A DNA stretch of 64,000 bases, from assembly GCA_005776585.1 (NCBI GenBank), contig SXOX01000103.1:137410-201409 (forward strand), in the 5' to 3' direction. A program made the position numbers and the translations under genes. The notes under the pieces are model-generated. The model saw only the letters and a program-made list of their open reading frames with translations. It did no database searches and had not been told where the DNA came from. Source of the stretch: Pseudomonadota bacterium. Lineage in GTDB: Bacteria > Myxococcota_A > UBA9042 > GCA-2863065. Below, one piece after another: positions 36,001 through 43,800 of this stretch (its first letter is position 1; each line of letters starts with the position of its first letter).

Positions 36001-37098
36001 TGCAACCTCAGCATCGACGACAAGGTGCCCGCCGTCGCCTGCGAGCTCGCCTGCAACGGCGGTCTCGGCGGTAAGCGCGTGTGCTCCAACGGCAAGCTGC
36101 TCGGCTGCTCCGAGGCCCCGACCGACGAGCGCTGCAACTCGCTCGACGATGACTGCGACGGCAAGACCGACGAGAACTGGCCCGATCTCGGCGCGGCATG
36201 CTCGGTCGGTGGCGGCAACTGCGTCTCGACCGGCAAGTTCGTCTGCCACGAGCTCGGCCTGGACCTCAAGTGCAGCGCGCCGCCCAAGCCGGGGGTCGTG
36301 GAGACGTGCGACAAGATCGACAACGACTGCGACGGTGAGGTCGACGAGGGCCTCGTGCAAAACTGCAAGACCGCGTGCGGCATCGGCGTCGAGAAGTGCG
36401 CCGCCGGCGTCTATCAGGGTTGCACGGCGCCGCCGCCCAAGACCGAGACGTGCAACCAGGTGGACGACGACTGCAACGGGACCATCGACGACATCACCCC
36501 GGTCGCGTGCACCGGCCCCTGCGGTCCTGGGTTCGCGGTCTGCGTCAACGGCGCGATTGGCCCGTGCAGCGCGGAGGCCTCGACGGAGGTCTGCGACGGC
36601 AAGGACAACGACTGCGACGGCAAGACCGACGAGGCCCTCGACAACGTGGGTTCGCTCAAGCAGGCCTGCGCCATCGACGGCAAGACCGGCCCGTGCGCGC
36701 AGGGCTTTCAGACGTGCGCTGCGGGCCAGTTCGGTGTGTGCAACGCGGCGTTCGTCGCTCAGCCCGAGATCTGCGACGGCAAGGACAACGACTGCAACGC
36801 CATCGTCGATGACGGCTTCGACGGGAGCATCACCGAGGTGTGCTACGAAGGCGCGGCGGCGACCAAAGGCGTCGGCGAGTGTAAGGCGGGCACCCGCACG
36901 TGCGTCGCGGGCCAGCTCAACGCATGCGTGGGTCAGGTCCTGCCGGTCGAGGAGCTCTGCAACGGCCTGGACGACGACTGCGACGGCCTCATCGACGAGC
37001 AGCCCGGCGCCATCTGCACGCTCGAGCCCGGCTGCGCTCCGGGCTTCTGCCTGTGCAACAAGGGCGGCGACGGTCAGTATCGCTGTTACCTCGACTAG
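30082..37098 (+). CDS. Giant extracellular multidomain adhesin-like protein (FG-GAP beta-propeller, Myxococcus Cys-rich repeats, 2 LamG, MAM-like domain, VWA, 14 MopE-like CxxxDNDCDG motifs)
   Basis: TTG 30082 follows GAGAGGAGA (30067..30075); the alternative ATG is 30154 (MAAFVGLVTTALVG). There are seven FG-GAP-like repeats (FGxSVAxxG..LxVGAP). Also present: DGCDNVCSVETGWVC repeats, two LamG-like blocks (EWHHVAAVW..FYIDG and QWHHVAVTA..VWIDG), and a VWA domain with LLLDRSET and ILVSDGVDS. The CDGxDNDCDGxxDE motif occurs 14 times. Confidence 0.85.
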   Translation: MLRQLLTSWGSGGDARNDCDRLRSMAAFVGLVTTALVGVTAPAAEYAMPVVPTPAEVSAAGQSVAISGSLLIIGAPFGTGKVAQSGVAYVHRYDTTVKNWVFEAALQRASGQAGEDFGRSVAIDHVKGLAFVGAPGVTASGLSSAGVVAIFKRTVTGAWSIASEVESSVFPRPANGRFGHSVSVSGNTLVVGEPGSGGGQIHQVDFDNDGGNLSYGAVIVPTGAVAEDECGSSVALADDRLAVGCPGRTVAGQYAAGLGLVYRSNGSSWNEKLEIDDDPRAGARLGTSVALTSVAGTYRAVFGSPNYRNANDAPCGCVRFAFEVGASWHESSTFLSPGCSAGDFGYSVALSSTHLLVGAPGASVPGVFGPVGIAMLFSLTAPSATSEPAIVTEVMTFRGAGAVSSEGFGTAVTLDGQLYAVGAPNHMSAGSIGRAHAFASRCGDGVFISTKEGCDDGDNGPLDGCDNVCSVETGWVCAGSPSVCKPFCGDGALVGPEPCDDGGTASGNGCSSTCQIEPGWTCAGAPSSCTFNCLPGACDDSNPCTIDTCSATSGCNAAPQTGLMPCYSGPPGSKGLGACTGGTTVCLGGLPGPCLGETLPALEVCDGIDNDCNTAVDDGLPGVGAVCDGPDADQCKNGVRVCAVGSSGGGAVLCAESAAAAWWTFDGVIDGTIRDDSAHGNDAIVVGPGVTLSVPAMPGSLGVAFAGKGGRLDAGTANLIGGKVSATWTAWIKPKSIADGLAVVVATHAPTETGVGRTWAFGRSGRGLFLRLRNGTNTNDLPPTVVCDADCERALVVGEWHHVAAVWSGGVTRFYIDGIFSGGAVLPGLAIAGKLPAERITIGGTADGELGSFDGGVDDVRVYPIALSDAEIALEAARGQGKLVDLCDGLDDDCDGQVDEEFTAALAAPCDGPDSDKCRHGVAVCSPDGRAILCPTETKTDLTESCDGLDNDCDGQVDEDFPNVGAACIDTPTDGDADACNDGIVACAPTGEATKCYPSPTHLWRFDEGQGAVAIDTASQVGVADFELTGATWGPGRFGQAAVFDGLGSFGAVNVSLPTSFTLELWAKTNATTPGTLYTYAVGNSVVMRGALAGGQLTHHHSTLSGGATAPSGAWSAGQWHHVAVTASASAVSVWIDGAIVGTAALSGPISGTTLYLGKSPTGSEYLSGSVDEVALLPDVWPAVGIVRHFTAGIPVADANRELCDGLDNDCLAGPDDTLLGAVGTPCDGADEDGCKDGSFTCNALKTAVECVNEATVGHTEICNAKDDDCDGATDEGFTWYEAFSDATKLIGEPCKPQGECGLGKVECLTQTQAACSTGPGGSLTQAKAELCDLKDNDCDGLTDENPDGTRLTVSCYSGPAGTEGVGACKPGARLCLDSGALGPCAGDVLPKAADTTCDLVDDDCNGVTDDGYKDAIACTVDTCLSGVAKSTPDDTKCDDKNPCTDDTCGAVANSNGGCVFTIDDTNTPDPVVHGKPCKKPVCTLGKVVLIDDPGSVPDDGLSCTSDVCKDGLAVHPLEPGTCLINGACYAATTVNPSNGCQVCAPDIDTVKWSKYVHLSDFDKGGGNADGWTAEELQYGGVSWGLAPYLQVTGTSSFYFGNGATRTYDTGARVAATAKSPTFIIPASVKGTLTFHVWMDTEGYTGSEKYDTLTLSVVESVAGTKTTVWDSMHGFGNQTGKVFKKIVVDLSPFSGKSIQLAFTFDSGDAYFNDYEGVYLDRVRVETACCTSSVDCDDGLVCTQDSCFEKSCLHTQLCSDCVSKQHSVVLLLDRSETMVQKVATGETQWQALRNALGTVLPKHDQSLNVGLKVFPTSDPLDVCAATTGLDVDFHSTSSLMIDFLNATQPLGQSPVAAGLNAVAAAYATPTAKAQGGAKVVILVSDGVDSCAGDVKAAIAALGVMGIRVIVLAWDTATTKAVFTEWALAGGFATPRSNVLDKVYTSLTDAVDLAAALDAAMTRARAEVCDGTDDDCNLSIDDKVPAVACELACNGGLGGKRVCSNGKLLGCSEAPTDERCNSLDDDCDGKTDENWPDLGAACSVGGGNCVSTGKFVCHELGLDLKCSAPPKPGVVETCDKIDNDCDGEVDEGLVQNCKTACGIGVEKCAAGVYQGCTAPPPKTETCNQVDDDCNGTIDDITPVACTGPCGPGFAVCVNGAIGPCSAEASTEVCDGKDNDCDGKTDEALDNVGSLKQACAIDGKTGPCAQGFQTCAAGQFGVCNAAFVAQPEICDGKDNDCNAIVDDGFDGSITEVCYEGAAATKGVGECKAGTRTCVAGQLNACVGQVLPVEELCNGLDDDCDGLIDEQPGAICTLEPGCAPGFCLCNKGGDGQYRCYLD

Positions 37099-37140
37099 CG
37101 AGGGCTGCGGGCTGCGTCCGTCTCGCGGACGCCTCGCTAG
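37095..37140 (+). terminator. Compound GC-rich hairpin overlapping the adhesin stop codon
   Basis: The outer stem is CTAGCGAG(G) 37095..37103 pairing with (C)CTCGCTAG 37132..37140. The inner stem is GCGTCCG 37114..37120, loop TCTCG, CGGACGC 37126..37132. It is followed by TTGTTCAAAAAAA rather than a U-tract. Confidence 0.35.
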
Positions 37141-37184
37141 TTGTTCAAAAAAATCCGCAGGCTCCCGCCGACACGACAGAATTT

Positions 37185-37213
37185 TTGACTAACCCACAGG
37201 CCTGATCGACATT
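37185..37213 (+). promoter_or_regulatory. Weak sigma-70-like promoter candidate upstream of the OMP gene
   Basis: TTGACT (37185..37190), a 17-nt spacer, then GACATT (37208..37213). Lies in the most A/T-rich patch of the window and shares AATTTTTGAC with the pilQ upstream region. Confidence 0.25.
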
Positions 37214-37303
37214 CCCGCTTGGCCTTCGCTAGTCGCCCTCCGAAGAAGCTGGTAAAGGGGCGCCCGCGAAGGAACGGCATCGATGGTCGATGCTCTGGAC
37301 GGC

Positions 37304-37319
37304 TGGCCCGCCAATCGCA
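37304..37319 (+). promoter_or_regulatory. Sigma-54-like -24/-12 promoter candidate upstream of the OMP gene
   Basis: TGGCCCGCCAATCGCA versus the consensus TGGCACGNNNNTTGCA. GG and GC are correctly spaced, with two mismatches. The GC element lies about 40 nt before ATG 37360. Confidence 0.35.
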
Positions 37320-37359
37320 AAGGGACCGGCCAGGCTGATTAGCGAAGAGGAGGATTTCG

Positions 37360-38631
37360 ATGTCCAAGCGACTCATGACAGCGGCCTTGACGGCCGTGGC
37401 GGTGCTCGCGGTTGCGGGCCCGGCAAGCGCGACGCAGTCTCGCATCAACTCGGTCGGCGGCGGCGTGAAGCAGTTCACCTTCCTGGACGACCGCAACATC
37501 TTCGACCTGCCGGCGGAGCTCGTGAAGTACGGCACGTGGACGGCGATCGAGATCGACGGACCTGGGTACACGTCGTTCGCGATTCACTACAACTTTTCGC
37601 CGTCGGTCGTGCTCGCCCTCTACGGGACGAGCCAGATCCTGCCGGCGCTCACGACCGACGGTCGGGCGAACAACAAGGAGCTGACCGCGGTCGGTCAGTT
37701 CAACAACCAGGCCCCGGGCGCGCCCAACACCGTCGTCGGTGGCGGCTTCGACGCGTTCTCCAACGGCAACTTCCAGACGCAGCTCTCCCACAAGTTCACC
37801 GCGCTCCTCGCGTTCGATCTTGGCTCAGCGCGGCTCGGCCTCAAGGTCGGCGGCTGGGGCGACAAGCACGGTGAGACGGACGACACGGGCAAGGAGACGG
37901 CCAACCAGGGCCCGTTCGTGATCAACGTCGGTCTCGGCGCCGGCTTCTCGATCGGCTCGACCGACCTGGACCTGGGTCTCGACTTCCGGTTCGGCATGGC
38001 GACTGATGAGGCGGGCGGCAACGCCAGGTCGGACAACAACATGTTCGACATCGCGCTCCTCGGCCGGATCACGATTCCCTTCGCCGGTCCGCACGAGATC
38101 GTGCCCTTCTTCAAGTTCGACATCTGGCGCGCGGCCAGCCAGCTCAAGGACGGCTCGCCGCCGGCCTTCTCGGCGCTCCACTTCGACATGGTCATCGGCA
38201 CGGACATCCGCCTCAACCTCGGCGAGGGCATCACGGTCCAGCCCGGCATCGGCCTCGCGTACGGCGTGACCACGTCGACGAACAAGCCGGCCGATGGCGA
38301 CGAGAGCGTCACGACGTTCCACGACGTGATGATCCCGTTCTACAATGTCGCTGTCGACGTCAAGGTCTATGACTGGCTCGACATCCGCTTCGGTGGCGGT
38401 CAAGAGGTCCACTTCCTCATCGAGAACAACCGCACGGGCTCGAAGGACGGCGTCAGCAAGTCCGACCGCGAGGTCAAGCACACGATCTCGACCGGCGTCG
38501 GCTTCAACCTCCCGGCCGGTGTCAGCATCGACATCGAGGTCAACACGGGCTGGTGGAAGCAGGGCCCGTACCTCCTTACCGGCCACGCCGGTAACTTCGG
38601 TGTCAGCGCGGCCCTCAGCAAGGACTGGTAG
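37360..38631 (+). CDS. Outer-membrane beta-barrel protein (porin-like)
   Basis: GAGGAGGA SD. The signal peptide ends GPASA-TQ. Amphipathic beta-strands alternate throughout, and the aromatic C-terminus (...SAALSKDW) is typical of BAM substrates. 423 aa. Confidence 0.8.
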   Translation: MSKRLMTAALTAVAVLAVAGPASATQSRINSVGGGVKQFTFLDDRNIFDLPAELVKYGTWTAIEIDGPGYTSFAIHYNFSPSVVLALYGTSQILPALTTDGRANNKELTAVGQFNNQAPGAPNTVVGGGFDAFSNGNFQTQLSHKFTALLAFDLGSARLGLKVGGWGDKHGETDDTGKETANQGPFVINVGLGAGFSIGSTDLDLGLDFRFGMATDEAGGNARSDNNMFDIALLGRITIPFAGPHEIVPFFKFDIWRAASQLKDGSPPAFSALHFDMVIGTDIRLNLGEGITVQPGIGLAYGVTTSTNKPADGDESVTTFHDVMIPFYNVAVDVKVYDWLDIRFGGGQEVHFLIENNRTGSKDGVSKSDREVKHTISTGVGFNLPAGVSIDIEVNTGWWKQGPYLLTGHAGNFGVSAALSKDW

Positions 38632-38732
38632 CCGCCTCGGGCGGTGAGCCTCGCGCTCGCCGCCGTGCCCTCCCTCCGAGCACCGCCGCTCGCGCCTTCC
38701 CGACCGAATCCAAGACATGACTCTGTACGTCG

Positions 38733-38762
38733 TTGACTTCCCTGACCACGCGGCCGTATGCT
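38733..38762 (+). promoter_or_regulatory. Sigma-70-like promoter candidate upstream of the lipoprotein operon
   Basis: TTGACT (38733..38738), an 18-nt spacer, then TATGCT (38757..38762). Confidence 0.3.
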
Positions 38763-38790
38763 CCCGTGTCTTGGTGGGAAGGATCAGCTC

Positions 38791-40803
38791 ATGCGCACGC
38801 GGTTCAGGCAGCGGATACCAACGCAGCCATCGTTGAAGCGGTGGTTCCTATCGATGGTCTTGGTCTCGGGTGGCCTCACTGTCGGCTGTTCAGGGTCCAC
38901 GGAGCCGCCCGCGGTGGAGCCCGGCAAGACCGACGGCAGTATCCTCGTGGGCGACGAGGGCGGCACCGGCGACGGCGCGACGGGGACCACGACGAACGAC
39001 ATCGTGGGCAAGGTCTGCAACCCCGGCGAGTTCAAGGCGTGCACGCAGGACTTCCGTGGCGCGGTCAACTGCGCCGACGACGGCCTGGGCTACGAGACCC
39101 AGCCGTGCGTTGGCTTCGATGGCAAGTCGTCGATCTGCAACAACGAGCTCGGCTGCCTGGCGTGCAAGCCGCACCAGACGCGCTGCAAGAACGACCTCGA
39201 GTCCGAGGAGTGCGGGCCGGACGGGTTTACCTGGATCCCCAAGGAGAAGTGCTCACAGTTTGCCGATCAGGTCTGTGACCAAGGCCCCGCCGGCGGCAGC
39301 TGCGTGAAGCTGTGCTTCCTCGCGGACAAGGACAAGAGCTACATGGGCTGCGAGTTTTGGGGCGCCGACCTGGACAACGCGTTCGTGCCCGGCGGGAGCC
39401 GCGGCTACTACGATGCGGCCGGCGCGCAGTACTCCATCGTCGTGTCCAACCCGCATCCGTCGCGTACCGTTGAGGTCAAGGTCTTCGACGTCGATGGCCA
39501 GGTCACCCACGACGCCAAGAACGGCCTGCTCCCGACCACGCCGCTCCAGCCCTACGAGCTGCGCGTGTTCAACCTGCCGCGCCGGGACGTCAACTCCACG
39601 GTGCTGGCGCCGCTCGCCTATCGGGTCGAGGCCTCGATCCCGATCCTGGCCTACCAGTTCAATCCGCTCGAGAACGTCGGCGTCTTCTCCAACGACGCGT
39701 CGCTGCTGTTGCCGTACAATGTTTACGACAAGTACTACATCGTCATGACCCGCGAGCAGACGTTCGACGTGCTCCGATCGTACTTCGCCGTGATCGCGCC
39801 GTATGACGGCACCGAGGTGACCGTCACCGTGACCGCGCCGACGCTCGGGGACAACGGGCTCCCGCACCTCGAGCCCGGTGAGTCGCTCACGCGCACGCTC
39901 AACAAGTTCGACGTGCTCAACATCGAGACCAACCGGCCGGGCTCCGACCTCACGGGCTCCCTCGTCTACGCGACCAAGAACGTTACCGTCTTTGGCGGGT
40001 CCGAGGCCTCGAACGCGCCCAACACCGCGCACTGCACGCACCCCGACGGCGACGACAAGCCCGGGTACTGCCAGTGGCCCTGGGAGAACGGCGGGGAGAA
40101 GGTCGAGTGCGACACGCCGGAGAACTGCCTCGACTACAACACCTGCTGCGCCGACCACCTGGAGCACGTCCTCTTCCCGGTCGACACGTGGGGCAAGCAC
40201 TACGTCGCGAGCCGCACCTTCCCGCGCGGCAAGGAAGGCGACCTGTTCCGGATCATCGCAGCCGAGAGCAACACCAAGATCACGACCATCCCGCCGCAGG
40301 CGACGATTCCGGTGCTCAACACGGGGGAGTGGTTCGAGTTCGAGAGCATGGGCGACTTCGAGATCATCGCGACCAAGCCCATCATGGTGGGCCAGTTCAT
40401 GGAGGCGCAGGATGCCCCCAACCCCAACGTGAACGGCATCCCGCAGGTGGGCGACGCTGGCACCGGCGATCCGGCCTTCTGGCTCGTGGTACCCTTCGAG
40501 CAGTACCGGAAGAACTACGTGTTCCTCTGCCCCGACAAGTACGCCTTCAACTACGTCAACATCACGGCGCCGCAGAAGGCCAAGGTCGACCTCGACGGCA
40601 AGACGCTCGACGCGTCCAAGGCCAAGCCCATCGGCACGGGTGAATACGTGGTCTATCGGGTTCCCGCCGACCCGGGCACGCACATCGTGCTTGCCGATGA
40701 CCGCGTCGGGATTATCGTCTACGGGTATGACCAGTACGTGTCCTATGGCTACACTGGCGGCCTCGATCTCCGTTCGCTTCAGAAGCTCGCGCCGCCCAAG
40801 TAG
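38791..40803 (+). CDS. Lipoprotein with Cys-rich N-terminal region and IgGFc-binding-protein-N-terminal-like beta-rich domain
   Basis: ATG 38791 follows GGGAAGGA. The lipobox is GGLTVGC. The large beta-rich domain ends ...GIIVYGYDQYVSYGYTGGLDL, characteristic of the IgGFc_binding family (recognised by eye, not searched). Confidence 0.7.
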   Translation: MRTRFRQRIPTQPSLKRWFLSMVLVSGGLTVGCSGSTEPPAVEPGKTDGSILVGDEGGTGDGATGTTTNDIVGKVCNPGEFKACTQDFRGAVNCADDGLGYETQPCVGFDGKSSICNNELGCLACKPHQTRCKNDLESEECGPDGFTWIPKEKCSQFADQVCDQGPAGGSCVKLCFLADKDKSYMGCEFWGADLDNAFVPGGSRGYYDAAGAQYSIVVSNPHPSRTVEVKVFDVDGQVTHDAKNGLLPTTPLQPYELRVFNLPRRDVNSTVLAPLAYRVEASIPILAYQFNPLENVGVFSNDASLLLPYNVYDKYYIVMTREQTFDVLRSYFAVIAPYDGTEVTVTVTAPTLGDNGLPHLEPGESLTRTLNKFDVLNIETNRPGSDLTGSLVYATKNVTVFGGSEASNAPNTAHCTHPDGDDKPGYCQWPWENGGEKVECDTPENCLDYNTCCADHLEHVLFPVDTWGKHYVASRTFPRGKEGDLFRIIAAESNTKITTIPPQATIPVLNTGEWFEFESMGDFEIIATKPIMVGQFMEAQDAPNPNVNGIPQVGDAGTGDPAFWLVVPFEQYRKNYVFLCPDKYAFNYVNITAPQKAKVDLDGKTLDASKAKPIGTGEYVVYRVPADPGTHIVLADDRVGIIVYGYDQYVSYGYTGGLDLRSLQKLAPPK

Positions 40804-40825
40804 CGACGGCCGAGGGAGGCAGCAC

Positions 40826-43800
40826 ATGCGCACGACCCGACAGGTTCTTGGTTCGCTCACGCTCGTGGCGCTCTTCGCCAACGCGCTCGCGTGCAGTGAC
40901 ATCCCGAACCGCGCGACCAAGACGGCGGACACCGGAGCGGCGACGCAGACCGACACCGGGGCCACCACCGGGCAGCCCGACGTGGCCACGACGGACACCG
41001 GCACGCCGGGGCCGGGCGCGGACGCCACCGCTACGCCCGAGGATGTAGCGAGCGACAAGCTCACCATCACGCTCGTCGATCCCGGGGTCGGGAGCGCCAA
41101 GGGTGGCGAGGTGATCTCGGTCACCGGCTCCAAGTTCGTGACCGGGAAGACGCAGGTCATCATCGGCAAGTCGCAGGCCAGCCAAGTCTTCGTCGTGGAC
41201 TCGCGGCGCCTGACGGCCATCACGCCCCCGGGCGTGCCCGGCCTCGTCGACGTCACGGTCATCAACCCGGATCCCGCGCCCGAGAAGGTGGAGAAGGCCA
41301 CTCTCGCCCTCGCGTTTCGCTATCAGTCCGACGTGCTCGTGACCTCGGTCGAGCCGGCGAGCGGCTTGGTCGCTGGGGGCGAGCCGGTCACCATCACCGG
41401 CAGTGGCTTCAGCCAGGGAGCGCCCAAGCTCGTGTTCGGTGGGCGCGCAGCCATCGATCCCAAGGTCATCGACGACGGCACGATCCAGGCCACGACACCA
41501 CCGTCGGACGACATCGGCCTCGTGGACGTGCACCTCACCAATGACCGCGGCTCCGCCGTGTTGAAGGACGCCTTCCTCTATCACGAGCCCATGGCCATCG
41601 ATTACGTCGCGCCTGCGGCGGGCCCGACCGCCGGCGGGACCGAGGTCACGATCGTCGGCCACGGCTTTGCGCCGGGCATCGTCGTGCACTTCGGTGGCGC
41701 GCAAGCCACCAAGGTCGAGGTCAAGGACTCCAGCCGACTCATCGCCGTCGCCCCCGCGGGAGCGGCGGGTGCGGTCACGGTCGCTGTCGAGAGCGAGCTC
41801 GGCGTCGCGGCGTTGCCAAAGGGCTACATCTACACTGATTCGTTACCGAGCGGTGTGCAGATCCTGTCCGTCCTGCCCTCCAGTGGCCCCATCGCTGGCG
41901 GTACCCTCGTGGCGATCGCCGCGTTCGGCTTGGGCACCAAGCCCGACACCCAGGTCCGCTTCGGAGGCGAGACGGCGACCTTGGTGTCCGTGGACGCGAC
42001 CAAGCTCATCGCGCTCGTCACGGCGCCACCGCACGCCGCGGGGCTCGTGGACGTCACCGTCACCTCGCCTGCGGGTGCCGCGACGGCCAAGAACGCGTTC
42101 ACCTACGACGCGCTCCACAAGGTCCTCACCGTGAGCCCCGTCAGCGGACCGGTCGCCGGCGGGACGCCCATCACCATCTATGGAGACGGCTTCGCGTCGG
42201 GCGCCGACGTGCGGATTGGCGCGCTGCAGTGCGGCAAGGTCACCGTGGCCTCGCCCAAGCAGCTGTCGTGCACGACTCCGGCTGGCAGCCCGGGCGCGGC
42301 CGACGTCACGGTCACCCAGCTCGGCAAGGCGGTCATTCTGCCCAAGGGCTTCCACTACACCTCGGGTGGGGTCGAGCTCTTCGTCGTCGATCCCAGCACG
42401 GGCAGCCAGGCCGGCGGTACGTACGTCCGGCTCATCGGCTCGGGCTTCGAGGCTCCCGTCAAGGTCACCTTCGCGGGGACGCAGGCCACGCACACGAAGG
42501 TCGTCAGCTCCACGCTCGTCACGGTCAAGACCCCACCGGGACCCATTGGCCCCGTCGACGTGACGCTCGCCGCCAAGAGCGGCACCGTCACGCTCCCCAA
42601 GAGCTACACGTACTTCAACCCGGTCAGCCTGTTCGGTGGGACTTGGGGCCCCAAGGTCGAAGGCGCCGTCAACGTCACGGTCCTCGATGGCGGCAGCGGC
42701 GAGCCGCTTCCCGACGCGTTCGTCATGCTCTACGTAAACCCAGATACGCCGTATCAGGGATTCACCAACGTCGGTGGCCAGATCACCTTCAGCGGCCCGG
42801 AGCTGGCCGGCAAGCAGATGGTGAGCGCCTCCAAGCCGGAGTATGCGTCGGAGTCGGTCATCGCGTTCAACGCGACGAACATCACCATCTACCTCATCCC
42901 GCTCAAGCCGCCCTCCCCAGGGCCTCCGCCGGCTGGCGAGGCGCCCATCGTGAGCGGGACGGTCACGGGCCTCGGCAAGTACGTAGTGGTGCCGCCAGGC
43001 GACTGCAAGGTCAAGGTGCCCAACGCCGCTGCGGGGACGGTGTGCGCCAAATGCAAGCTCGATACCGAGTGTCTGGGCGGTGGCGTCTGCACGACCATTG
43101 GCGAGACCGGTTCGTTCTGCACGCTCGGGTGCAAGGCGGACGTCGACTGTGAGAAGGGCTACTCGTGCCTGTCGATCGGCAAGCTCGGCGCGCCGCAATG
43201 CGTTCCGACCCCGGGCAAGAAGCAGGCACGCTGCTTCCACACGATGCCGACCATCTTCAGCCAGCCGCGCCCCGACTGGACGCAGATCCCGTCGCACATC
43301 GCTGACGACGCGGGCCTGTACAGCTTCAGCCCGAGCTATCTGGGCGAGATGGCGGTCGTCTGCCTGGGTGGCTACGTCAGCTGGGACAATCCGGACCTGT
43401 TCACTCCGCTGGCCTTTGGTGTCCGACGGCATCTCAACGTGGCTCCCGGCCCCAACCCTGCTGACGTCGCGCTCAACCATCAGCTCGGTCGCACGGTCAA
43501 GGTGCGGCTCGACGCGCCGCCGTTCGACGCCAAGATTGGTCCGGAGTTCATTGGCGCGCTGCTCTACTGGGACTTCGGCAGCGACGGCGCGTTCGTCTAC
43601 GACGAGTTCCAGGACGTCTTGTACGGTAGCTCCAATGACGTCATGCGCATCGAGCACCAGCCTACGGCGTGGGCCGGCGACGTCTTCGACGCCACCTTCA
43701 GCATTCTTGGCGTCGCCATCAGCTTCAACGACGACGGCACGCAGCTCCCGGCGAGCTTCACGCTCGTGCGCAACCTCAAGGACATCGACACCGATCTGGC

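Noticed and set aside
31213-36360. 744-aa and 963-aa minus-strand ORFs opposite the giant adhesin gene
   Set aside because: They are Arg/Gly/Ala/Asp-rich with no domain signatures. The plus strand carries clear FG-GAP/LamG/VWA/MopE motifs and the correct GC3 phase.
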